A stretch of DNA of 64,000 nt from Eledone cirrhosa (lineage: Eukaryota). The first letter of the stretch is position 1. Each line of letters opens with the position of its first letter. Position numbers and translations under genes: made by a program. The notes beneath the pieces are model-generated. The model did not search any database. It saw only the letters and a program-made list of their open reading frames with translations, and was not told the DNA's origin. Of the stretch, positions 1-10,833 are shown one piece after another. Location of the stretch: positions 134,974,001-135,038,000 of the forward strand of contig OZ024744.1 in assembly GCA_964016885.1 (NCBI GenBank), in the 5' to 3' direction.

Positions 1-2864
1 AGTTAAGTTGGGGTTAAGTTAAGTTGGGGTTAAGTTAAGTTGCAGTTAAGTTAAGTTGAGGTTAAGTTAAGGTGGGGTTAAGTTAAGTCGGGGTTAAGTT
101 AAGTTGTGGTTGAGTTAAGTTGGGGTTAATTTAAGTTGGGGCTAAGTTAATTTGTGGTTAAGTTAAGTTGGGGTTAAGTTAAGTTGGGGTTAAGTTAAGT
201 TGGGGTTGAGTTAAGTTGGGGTTGAGTTAATTTGGGGTTAAGTTAAGTTGGGGTTAAGTTAAGTTGGGTTTAAGTTAAGTTGGGGTTAAATTAAGTTGGG
301 GTTAAATTAAGTTGGGGTTAAGTTAAGTTGGGGGTAAGTTAAGTTAGGGGCAAGTTAAGTTGGGGTTAATTTAAGTTGGGGTTAAATTAAGTTGGGGTTA
401 CGTTAAGTTGGTGTTAAGTTAAGTTGGGGTTAATTTAAGTTGGGGTTACTTAAGTTGGGGTTAAGTTAAGTTGGGGTTAAGTTAAGTTGGGGTTAATTTA
501 AGTTGGGGTTGAGTTAAGTTGGGGTTAAGTTAAGTTGGGGTTATATTAAGTTGGGGTTAAGTTAAGTTGGGGTTCAGTTAAGTTGGGGATAAGTTAAGTT
601 GGGGTTAAGTTAAATTGGGGTTAATTAAGTTGGGGTTAAGTTAAGTTGGGGTTAAGTTAAGTTGGGGCTAAGTTAAGTTGGGGCTGAGTTAAGTTGGGTC
701 TGAGTTAAGTTGGGGTTAAGTTAATTTGGGGTTGAGTTAATTCGGGGTTAAGTTAAGTTGGGGTTAAGTTGGGGTTAAGTTAAGTTAGGTTTAAGTTAAG
801 TTGGGGTTAAGTTAAGTTGGGGTTAAGTTAAGTTGGGGTTAAGTTAAGTTGGGGTTAAGTTAAGTTGGGGTTAAGTTAATTTGTGGTTTAGTTAAGTTGG
901 GGTTAAGTTAAGTTGGGGTTAAGTTAAGTTGGGGTTAAGTTAAGTCGGGGTTAAGTTAAGTTGGGGTTAAGTTAAGTTGGGGTTAAGTTAAGTTGGGGTT
1001 AAGTTAAGTTGGGGTTAAGTTAAGTTGGGGTTAAGTTAAGTTGGGGTTAAGTTAAGTTGAGGTTAAGTTAAGTTGGGGTTAAATTAAGTTGGGGTTAAGT
1101 TAAGTTGGGGTTAAGTTAAGTTGGGGTTAAGTTAAGTTGGGGATAAGTTAAGTTGGGGATAATTTAAGTTGGGGTTAAGTTAAGTTGGGTTTAAGTTAAG
1201 TTGGGGTTAAGTTAAGTTGGGGCTAAGTTAAGTTGGGGCTGAGTTAAGTTGGAGTTAAGTTAAGTTGGGGTTAAGTTAAGTTGGGGTTAATTTAAGTTGG
1301 GGTTTATTTAAGTTGGGGTTAAGTTAAGTTGGGGTTCAGTTAAGTTGGGGTTAAGTTAAGTTGGGGTTAAGATGGGGTTAACTTAAGTTGGGGTTAAGTT
1401 AAGTTGGGGTTAAGTTAAGTTGGGGTTAAGTTAAGTTGGGGTTAAGTTAAGTCGGGGTTAAGTTAAGTCGGGGTTAAGTTAAGTTAGGGTTCAGTTAATT
1501 GGGGTTAAGTTAAGTTGGGGTTGAGTTAAGTTGGGGTTGAGTTAAATTGGGGTTGAGTTAAGTTGGGGTTGAGTTAAGTTGGTGTTGAGTTAAGTTGGGG
1601 TTAAGTTAAGTTGGGGTTAAATTAAGTTGGGGTTAAATTAAGTTGGGGTTAAGTTAAGTTGGGGGTAAGTTAAGTTGGGGGCAAGTTAAGTTGGGGTTAA
1701 TTTAAGTTGGGGTTAAATTAAGTTGGGGTTACGTTAAGTTGGTGCTAAGTTAAGTTGGGGTTAATTTAAGTTGGGGTTAATTAAGTTGGGGTTAAGTTAA
1801 GTTGGGGTTAAGTTAAGTTGGGGTTAATTTAAGTTGGGGTTGAGTTAAGTTGGGGTTAAGTTAATTTGGGGTTATATTAAGTTGGGGTTAAGTTAAGTTG
1901 GGGTTCAGTTAAGTTGGGGTTAAGTTAAGTTGGGGTTAAGTTAAGTTGAGGTTAAGTTAAGTTGGGGTTAAGTTAAGTTGGTGTTAAGTTAAGTTGGGGC
2001 TAAGTTAAGTTGGGGCTGAGTTAAGTTGGGGCTGAGTTAAGTTGGGGCTAAATTAAGTTGGGGTTGAGTTAAGTTGGGGTTAAGTTGGGGTTAAGTTAAG
2101 TTAGGTTTAAGTTAAGTTGGGGTTAAGTTAAGTTGGGGTTAAGTTAAGGTGGGGTTAAGTTAAGTTGGGGTTAAGTTAAGTTGTGGTTAAGTTAAGTTGG
2201 GGTTAATTTAAGTTGGGGTTAATTTAAGTTGGGGTTAAGTTAAGTTGGGGTTAAGTTAAGTTGGGGTAATTAAGTTGGGGTTAAGTTAAGTTGGGGATAA
2301 TTTAAGTTGGGGTTAAGTTAAGCTGGGGTTAAGTTAAGTTGGGGTTAAGTTAAGTTGGGGTTAATTTAAGTTGGGGTTAAGTTAAGTTGGGGTTAAGTTA
2401 AGTCGGGGTTAAGTTAAGTTGGGGTTAAGTTAAGTTGGGGTTAAGTTAAGTTGGGGTTAAGTTAAGTTGGTTAGTTAAGTTGAGTTTAAGTTAAGTTGGG
2501 GTTAAGTTAAGTTGGGGTTAAGTTAAGTTGGGGTTAAGTTAAGTTGGTTAGTTAAGTTGAGTTTAAGTTAAGTTGGGGTTAATTTAAGTTGGGGTTAAGT
2601 TAAGCTGGGGTTAAGTTAAGTTGGGGTTAAGTTAAGTTGGGGTTAATTTAAGTTGGGGTTAAGTTAAGTTGGGGTTAAGTTAAGTCGGGGTTAAGTTAAG
2701 TTGGGGTTAAGTTAAGTTGGGGTTAAGTTAAGTTGGGGTTAAGTTAAGTTGGTTAGTTAAGTTGAGTTTAAGTTAAGTTGGGGTTAATTTAAGTTGGGTT
2801 AAGTTAAGTTGGGGTTAAGTTAAGTTGGGGTTAAGTTAAGTTGGGGTTAAGTTAAGTTGGGGTT

Positions 2865-3039
2865 AACCCCAACTTAACTTAACCCCAACTTCACTCAACC
2901 CCAACGTAACTCAACCCCAACTTAACTTAACCCCAACTTCACTCAACCCCAAGTTAACTTAACCCCAACTTCACTCAACCCCAACTTCCAACTTGACTTA
3001 ACCCCAACTTAACTTAGCCCCAACTTAACTTAAGCCCAA
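2865..3039 (-). repeat. Inverted 175-bp satellite block, copy 1 (type A)
   Basis: About 11 AACCCCAACTTAACTT-type monomers, from GGGGTT|AACCCC to AAGCCCAA|AGTCGGGG. Carries the CCCCAAGTTAAC variant. Confidence 0.97.
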
Positions 3040-5477
3040 AGTCGGGGTTAAGTTAAGTTGGCGTTAAGTTAAAGTGGCGTTAAGTTAAGTTAGGCTTAAC
3101 TTAAGTTGGGGTTCAGTTAAGTTGGGGGTAAGTTAAGTTGGGGGTAAGTTAAGTTGGGGTTAAGTTAAGTTGCGGTTAAGTTGGGGTTAAGTTAAGTTAG
3201 GGTTAAGTTAAGTTGGGGTTGAGTTAAGTTGGGGTTAATTAAGTGGTGGTTATGTTAAGTTGGGGTTAAGTTAAGTTGGGGTTAATTTAAATTGGGGTTA
3301 AGTTAACTTTGTGGTTAAGTTAAGTTGGGGTTAAGTTAAGTTGGGGTAAAGTTGGGGTTGAGTTAAGTTGGGGTTGAGTGAAGTTGGGGTTAAGTTAAGT
3401 TGGGGTTAAGTTAAGTTGGGGTTAAGATAAGTCGGGGTTAAGTTAAGTTGTGGTTGAGTTAAGTTGGGGTTAATTTAAGTTGGGGCTAAGTTAATTTGTG
3501 GTTAAGTTAAGTTGGGGTTAAGTTAAGTTGGGGTTAAGTTAAGTTGGGTTTAAGTTAAGTTGGGGTTAAATTAAGTTGGGGTTAAATTAAGTTGGGGTTA
3601 AGTTAAGTTGGGGGTAAGTTAAGTTGGGGGCAAGTTAAGTTGGGGTTAATTTAAGTTGGGGTTAAATTAAGTTGGGGTTAAGTTAAGTTGGGGCTAAGTT
3701 AAGTTGGGGCTGAGTTAAGTTGGGGCTGAGTTAAGTTGGGGCTAAGTTAAGTTGGGGTTGAGTTAAGTTGGGGTTAAGTTGGGGTTAAGTTAAGTTAGGT
3801 TTAAGTTAAGTTGGGGTTAAGTTAAGTTGGGGTTAAGTTAAGTTGGGGTTAAGTTAAGTTGGGGTTAAGTTAAGTTGGGGTTAAGTTAAGTTGGGGTTAA
3901 GTTAAGTTGGGGTTAAGTTAATTTGTGGTTAAGTTAAGTTGTGGTTAAGTTAAGTTGGGGTTAAGTTAAGTTGGGGTTAAGTTAAGTCGGGGTTAAGTTA
4001 AGTTGGGGTTAAGTTAAGTTGGGGTTAATTAAGTTGGGGTTAAGTTAAGTTGGGGTTAAGTTAAGTTGGGGTTAATTTAAGTTGGGGTTGAGTTAAGTTG
4101 GGGTTGAGTTAAATTGGGGTTGAGTTAAGTTGGGGTTGAGTTAAGTTGGTGTTGAGTTAAGTTGGGGTTAAGTTAAGTTGGGGTTAAATTAAGTTGGGGT
4201 TAAGTTAAGTTGGGGGTAAGTTAAGTTGGGGGCAAGTTAAGTTGGGGTTAATTTAAGTTGGGGTTAAATTAAGTTGGGGTTACGTTAAGTTGGTGCTAAG
4301 TTAAGTTGGGGTTAATTTAAGTTGGGGTTAATTAAGTTGGGGTTAAGTTAAGTTGGGGTTAAGTTAAGTTGGGGTTAATTTAAGTTGGGGTTGAGTTAAG
4401 TTGGGGTTAAGTTAATTTGGGGTTATATTAAGTTGGGGTTAATTAAGTTGGGGTTCAGTTAAGTTGGGGTTAAGTTAAGTTGGGGTTAAGTTAAGTTGAG
4501 GTTAAGTTAAGTTGGGGTTAAGTTAAGTTGGTGTTAAGTTAAGTTGGGGCTAATTTAAGTTGGGGCTGAGTTAAGTTGGGGCTGAGTTAAGTTGGGGCTA
4601 AATTAAGTTGGGGTTGAGTTAAGTTGGGGTTAAGTTGGGGTTAAGTTATGTTAGGTTTAAGTTAAGTTGGGGTTAAGTTAAGTTGGGGTTAAGTTAAGTT
4701 GGGGTTAAGTTAAGTTGGGGTTAAGTTAAGTTGGGGTTAAGTTAAGTTGGTGTTAAGTTAAGTTGGGGCTAAGTTAAGTTGGGGCTGAGTTAAGTTGGGG
4801 CTGAGTTAAGTTGGGGCTAAATTAAGTTGGGGTTGAGTTAAGTTGGGGTTAAGTTGGGGTTAAGTTAAGTTAGGTTTAAGTTAAGTTGGGGTTAAGTTAA
4901 GTTGGGGTTAAGTTAAGGTGGGGTTAAGTTAAGTTGGGGTTAAGTTAAGTTGTGGTTAAGTTAAGTTGGGGTTAATTTAAGTTGGGGTTAATTTAAGTTG
5001 GGGTTAAGTTAAGTTGGGGTTAAGTTAAGTTGGGGTAATTAAGTTGGGGTTAAGTTAAGTTGGGGATAATTTAAGTTGGGGTTAAGTTAAGTTTGAGTTT
5101 AAGTTAAGTTGGGGTTAAGTTAAGTTGGGGTTAAGTTAAGTTGGGGTTAAGTTAAGTTGGTTAGTTAAGTTGAGTTTAAGTTAAGTTGGGGTTAATTTAA
5201 GTTGGGGTTAAGTTAAGCTGGGGTTAAGTTAAGTTGGGGTTAAGTTAAGTTGGGGTTAATTTAAGTTGGGGTTAAGTTAAGTTGGGGTTAAGTTAAGTCG
5301 GGGTTAAGTTAAGTTGGGGTTAAGTTAAGTTGGGGTTAAGTTAAGTTGGGGTTAAGTTAAGTTGGTTAGTTAAGTTGAGTTTAAGTTAAGTTGGGGTTAA
5401 TTTAAGTTGGGTTAAGTTAAGTTGGGGTTAAGTTAAGTTGGGGTTAAGTTAAGTTGGGGTTAAGTTAAGTTGGGGTT

Positions 5478-5652
5478 AACCCCAACTTAACTTAACCCCA
5501 ACTTCACTCAACCCCAACGTAACTCAACCCCAACTTAACTTAACCCCAACTTCACTCAACCCCAAGTTAACTTAACCCCAACTTCACTCAACCCCAACTT
5601 CCAACTTGACTTAACCCCAACTTAACTTAGCCCCAACTTAACTTAAGCCCAA
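5478..5652 (-). repeat. Inverted 175-bp satellite block, copy 2 (type A)
   Basis: Same junctions and internal variants as copy 1, including CCCCAAGTTAAC and the downstream TTAAAGTGGCG. Confidence 0.97.
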
Positions 5653-7921
5653 AGTCGGGGTTAAGTTAAGTTGGCGTTAAGTTAAAGTGGCGTTAAGTTA
5701 AGTTAGGCTTAACTTAAGTTGGGGTTCAGTTAAGTTGGGGGTAAGTTAAGTTGGGGGTAAGTTAAGTTGGGGTTAAGTTAAGTTGCGGTTAAGTTGGGGT
5801 TAAGTTAAGTTAGGGTTAAGTTAAGTTGGGGTTGAGTTAAGTTGGGGTTAATTAAGTGGTGGTTATGTTAAGTTGGGGTTAAGTTAAGTTGGGGTTAATT
5901 TAAATTGGGGTTAAGTTAACTTTGTGGTTAAGTTAAGTTGGGGTTAAGTTAAGTTGGGGTAAAGTTGGGGTTGAGTTAAGTTGGGGTTGAGTGAAGTTGG
6001 GGTTAAGTTAAGTTGGGGTTAAGTTAAGTTGGGGTTAAGATAAGTCGGGGTTAAGTTAAGTTGTGGTTGAGTTAAGTTGGGGTTAATTTAAGTTGGGGCT
6101 AAGTTAATTTGTGGTTAAGTTAAGTTGGGGTTAAGTTAAGTTGGGGTTAAGTTAAGTTGGGTTTAAGTTAAGTTGGGGTTAAATTAAGTTGGGGTTAAAT
6201 TAAGTTGGGGTTAAGTTAAGTTGGGGGTAAGTTAAGTTGGGGGCAAGTTAAGTTGGGGTTAATTTAAGTTGGGGTTAAATTAAGTTGGGGTTAAGTTAAG
6301 TTGGGGCTAAGTTAAGTTGGGGCTGAGTTAAGTTGGGGCTGAGTTAAGTTGGGGCTAAGTTAAGTTGGGGTTGAGTTAAGTTGGGGTTAAGTTGGGGTTA
6401 AGTTAAGTTAGGTTTAAGTTAAGTTGGGGTTAAGTTAAGTTGGGGTTAAGTTAAGTTGGGGTTAAGTTAAGTTGGGGTTAAGTTAAGTTGGGGTTAAGTT
6501 AAGTTGGGGTTAAGTTAAGTTGGGGTTAAGTTAATTTGTGGTTAAGTTAAGTTGTGGTTAAGTTAAGTTGGGGTTAAGTTAAGTTGGGGTTAAGTTAAGT
6601 CGGGGTTAAGTTAAGTTGGGGTTAAGTTAAGTTGGGGTTAATTAAGTTGGGGTTAAGTTAAGTTGGGGTTAAGTTAAGTTGGGGTTAATTTAAGTTGGGG
6701 TTGAGTTAAGTTGGGGTTGAGTTAAATTGGGGTTGAGTTAAGTTGGGGTTGAGTTAAGTTGGTGTTGAGTTAAGTTGGGGTTAAGTTAAGTTGGGGTTAA
6801 ATTAAGTTGGGGTTAAGTTAAGTTGGGGGTAAGTTAAGTTGGGGGCAAGTTAAGTTGGGGTTAATTTAAGTTGGGGTTAAATTAAGTTGGGGTTACGTTA
6901 AGTTGGTGCTAAGTTAAGTTGGGGTTAATTTAAGTTGGGGTTAATTAAGTTGGGGTTAAGTTAAGTTGGGGTTAAGTTAAGTTGGGGTTAATTTAAGTTG
7001 GGGTTGAGTTAAGTTGGGGTTAAGTTAATTTGGGGTTATATTAAGTTGGGGTTAATTAAGTTGGGGTTCAGTTAAGTTGGGGTTAAGTTAAGTTGGGGTT
7101 AAGTTAAGTTGAGGTTAAGTTAAGTTGGGGTTAAGTTAAGTTGGTGTTAAGTTAAGTTGGGGCTAATTTAAGTTGGGGCTGAGTTAAGTTGGGGCTGAGT
7201 TAAGTTGGGGCTAAATTAAGTTGGGGTTGAGTTAAGTTGGGGTTAAGTTGGGGTTAAGTTATGTTAGGTTTAAGTTAAGTTGGGGTTAAGTTAAGTTGGG
7301 GTTAAGTTAAGTTGGGGTTAAGTTAAGTTGGGGTTAAGTTAAGTTGGGGTTAAGTTAATTTGTGGTTAAGTTAAGTTGTGGTTAAGTTAAGTTGGGGTTA
7401 AGTTAAGTTGGGGTTAATTTAAGTTGGGGTTAAGTTAAGTTGGGGTTAAGTTAAGTTGGGGTTAAGTTAAGTTGGGGTTAAGTTAAGTTGGGGATAATTT
7501 AAGTTGGGGTTAAGTTAAGTTTGAGTTTAAGTTAAGTTGGGGTTAAGTTAAGTTGGGGTTAAGTTAAGTTGGGGTTAAGTTAAGTTGGGGTTAAGTTAAG
7601 TTGGTTAGTTAAGTTGAGTTTAAGTTAAGTTGGGGTTAATTTAAGTTGGGGTTAAGTTAAGCTGGGGTTAAGTTAAGTTGGGGTTAAGTTAAGTTGGGGT
7701 TAATTTAAGTTGGGGTTAAGTTAAGTTGGGGTTAAGTTAAGTCGGGGTTAAGTTAAGTTGGGGTTAAGTTAAGTTGGGGTTAAGTTAAGTTGGGGTTAAG
7801 TTAAGTTGGTTAGTTAAGTTGAGTTTAAGTTAAGTTGGGGTTAATTTAAGTTGGGTTAAGTTAAGTTGGGGTTAAGTTAAGTTGGGGTTAAGTTAAGTTG
7901 GGGTTAAGTTAGGTTGGGGTT

Positions 7922-8096
7922 AACCCCAACTTAACTTAACCCCAACTTCACTCAACCCCAACGTAACTCAACCCCAACTTAACTTAACCCCAACTTCACT
8001 CAAGCCTAACTTAACTTAACCCCAACTTCACTCAACCCCAACTTCCAACTTGACTTAACCCCAACTTAACTTAGGCCCAACTTAACTTAAGCCCAA
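7922..8096 (-). repeat. Inverted 175-bp satellite block, copy 3 (type B)
   Basis: Same junctions. Preceded by TTAGGTTGGGG, with internal CAAGCCTAAC and TTAGGCCC variants. Confidence 0.97.
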
Positions 8097-10658
8097 AGTC
8101 GGGGTTAAGTTAAGTTGGCGTTAAGTTAAGTTGGCGTTAAGTTAAGTTAGGCTTAACTTAAGTTGGGGTTCAGTTAAGTTGGGGGTAAGTTAAGTTGGGG
8201 TTAAGTTAAGTTAGGGTTAAGTTAAGTTGGGGTTGAGTTAAGTTGGGGTTAATTAAGTGGTGGTTATGTTAAGTTGGGGTTAAGTTAAGTTGGGGTTAAT
8301 TTAAATTGGGGTTAAGTTAACTTTGTGGTTAAGTTAAGTTGGGGTTAAGTTAAGTTGGGGTAAAGTTGGGGTTGAGTTAAGTTGGGGTTGAGTGAAGTTG
8401 GGGTTAAGTTAAGTTGGGGTTAAGTTAAGTTGGGGTTAAGATAAGTCGGGGTTAAGTTAAGTTGTGGTTGAGTTAAGTTGGGGTTAATTTAAGTTGGGGC
8501 TAAGTTAATTTGTGGTTAAGTTAAGTTGGGGTTAAGTTAAGTTGGGGTTAAGTTAAGTTGGGGTTGAGTTAAGTTGGGGCTGAGTTAATTTGGGTTTAAG
8601 TTAAGTTGGGGTTAAGTTAAGTTGGGTTTAAGTTAAGTTGGGGTTAAATTAAGTTGGGGTTAAATTAAGTTGGGGTTAAGTTAAGTTGGGGGTAAGTTAA
8701 GTTGGGGGCAAGTTAAGTTGGGGTTAATTTAAGTTGGGGTTAAATTAAGTTGGGGTTACGTTAAGTTGGTGTTAAGTTAAGTTGGGGTTAATTTAAGTTG
8801 GGGTTAATTAAGTTGGGGTTAAGTTAAGTTGGGGTTAAGTTAAGTTGGGGTTAATTTAAGTTGGGGTTGAGTTAAGTTGGGGTTAAGTTAAGTTGGGGTT
8901 ATATTAAATTGGGGTTAAGTTAAGTTGGGGTTCAGTTAAGTTGGGGTTAAGTTAAGTTGGGGTTAAGTTAAGTTGAGGTTAAGTTAAGTTGGGGTTAAGT
9001 TAAGTTGGTGTTAAGTTAAGTTGGGGCTAAGTTAAGTTGGGGCTGAGTTAAGTTGGGGCTGAGTTAAGTTGGGGCTAAGTTAAGTTGGGGTTGAGTTAAG
9101 TTGGGGTTAAGTTGGGGTTAAGTTAAGTTAGGTTTAAGTTAAGTTGGGGTTAAGTTAAGTTGGGGTTAAGTTAAGTTGGGGTTAAGTTAAGTTGGGGTTA
9201 AGTTAAGTTGGGGTTAAGTTAAGTTGGGGTTAAGTTAAGTTGGGTTAAGTTAATTTGTGGTTAAGTTAAGTTGTGGTTAAGTTAAGTTGGGGTTAAGTTA
9301 AGTTGGGGTTAAGTTAAGTCGGGGTTAAGTTAAGTTGGGGTTAAGTTAAGTTGGGGTTAATTAAGTTGGGGTTAAGTTAAGTTGGGGTTAAGTTAAGTTG
9401 GGGTTAATTTAAGTTGGGGTTGAGTTAAGTTGGGGTTGAGTTAAATTGGGGTTGAGTTAAGTTGGGGTTGAGTTAAGTTGGTGTTGAGTTAAGTTGGGGT
9501 TAAGTTAAGTTGGGGTTAAATTAAGTTGGGGTTAAATTAAGTTGGGGTTAATTTAAGTTGGGGGTAAGTTAAGTTGGGGGCAAGTTAAGTTGGGGTTAAT
9601 TTAAGTTGGGGTTAAATTAAGTTGGGGTTACGTTAAGTTGGTGCTAAGTTAAGTTGGGGTTAATTTAAGTTGGGGTTAATTAAGTTGGGGTTAAGTTAAG
9701 TTGGGGTTAAGTTAAGTTGGGGTTAATTTAAGTTGGGGTTGAGTTAAGTTGGGGTTAAGTTAATTTGGGGTTATATTAAGTTGGGGTTAAGTTAAGTTGG
9801 GGTTCAGTTAAGTTGGGGTTAAGTTAAGTTGGGGTTAAGTTAAGTTGAGGTTAAGTTAAGTTGGGGTTAAGTTAAGTTGGTGTTAAGTTAAGTTGGGGCT
9901 AAGTTAAGTTGGGGCTGAGTTAAGTTGGGGCTGAGTTAAGTTGGGGCTAAATTAAGTTGGGGTTGAGTTAAGTTGGGGTTAAGTTGGGGTTAAGTTATGT
10001 TAGGTTTAAGTTAAGTTGGGGTTAAGTTAAGTTGGGGTTAAGTTAAGTTGGGGTTAAGTTAAGTTGGGGTTAAGTTAAGTTGGGGTTAAGTTAAGTTGGG
10101 GTTAAGTTAATTTGTGGTTAAGTTAAGTTGTGGTTAAGTTAAGTTGGGGTTAAGTTAAGTTGGGGTTAATTTAAGTTGGGGTTAAGTTAAGTTGGGGTTA
10201 AGTTAAGTTGGGGTTAAGTTAAGTTGGGGTTAAGTTAAGTTGGGGATAATTTAAGTTGGGGTTAAGTTAAGTTTGAGTTTAAGTTAAGTTGGGGTTAAGT
10301 TAAGTTGGGGTTAAGTTAAGTTGGGGTTAAGTTAAGTTGGTTAGTTAAGTTGAGTTTAAGTTAAGTTGGGGTTAATTTAAGTTGGGGTTAAGTTAAGCTG
10401 GGGTTAAGTTAAGTTGGGGTTAAGTTAAGTTGGGGTTAATTTAAGTTGGGGTTAAGTTAAGTTGGGGTTAAGTTAAGTCGGGGTTAAGTTAAGTTGGGGT
10501 TAAGTTAAGTTGGGGTTAAGTTAAGTTGGGGTTAAGTTAAGTTGGTTAGTTAAGTTGAGTTTAAGTTAAGTTGGGGTTAATTTAAGTTGGGGTTAAGTTA
10601 AGTTGGGGTTAAGTTAAGTTGGGGTTAAGTTAAGTTGGGGTTAAGTTAAGTTGGGGTT

Positions 10659-10833
10659 AACCCCAACTTAACTTAACCCCAACTTCACTCAACCCCAACG
10701 TAACTCAACCCCAACTTAACTTAACCCCAACTTCACTCAACCCCAACTTAACTTAACCCCAACTTCACTCAACCCCAACTTCCAACTTGACTTAACCCCA
10801 ACTTAACTTAGCCCCAACTTAACTTAAGCCCAA
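10659..10833 (-). repeat. Inverted 175-bp satellite block, copy 4 (type C, consensus)
   Basis: Same junctions, consensus internal sequence. Confidence 0.97.

Larger units (their letters stand above)
2560..7350 (+). repeat. Near-identical duplication with 2,613-bp offset
   Basis: Inversion starts at 2865/5478 and the ATGTTAGGTTT marker at 4648/7261 are both offset by 2613 bp. Ends are approximate. Confidence 0.8.

Noticed and set aside
2838-2891. Rho-independent terminator or structured ncRNA at the hairpins
   Set aside because: There is no upstream gene, no U-tract and no loop. The symmetry is fully explained by the satellite inversion.
2865-3039. Cassette as a MITE or piggyBac-type insertion at TTAA
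   Set aside because: It consists only of reversed satellite monomers, with no terminal inverted repeats of its own and no TTAA duplication at the right end. Shared flanking variants show co-amplification with the flanks rather than independent insertions.
3197-3202. Canonical telomere repeats TTAGGG / TTAGG
   Set aside because: They occur only as isolated variants within monomers and never as tandem runs.
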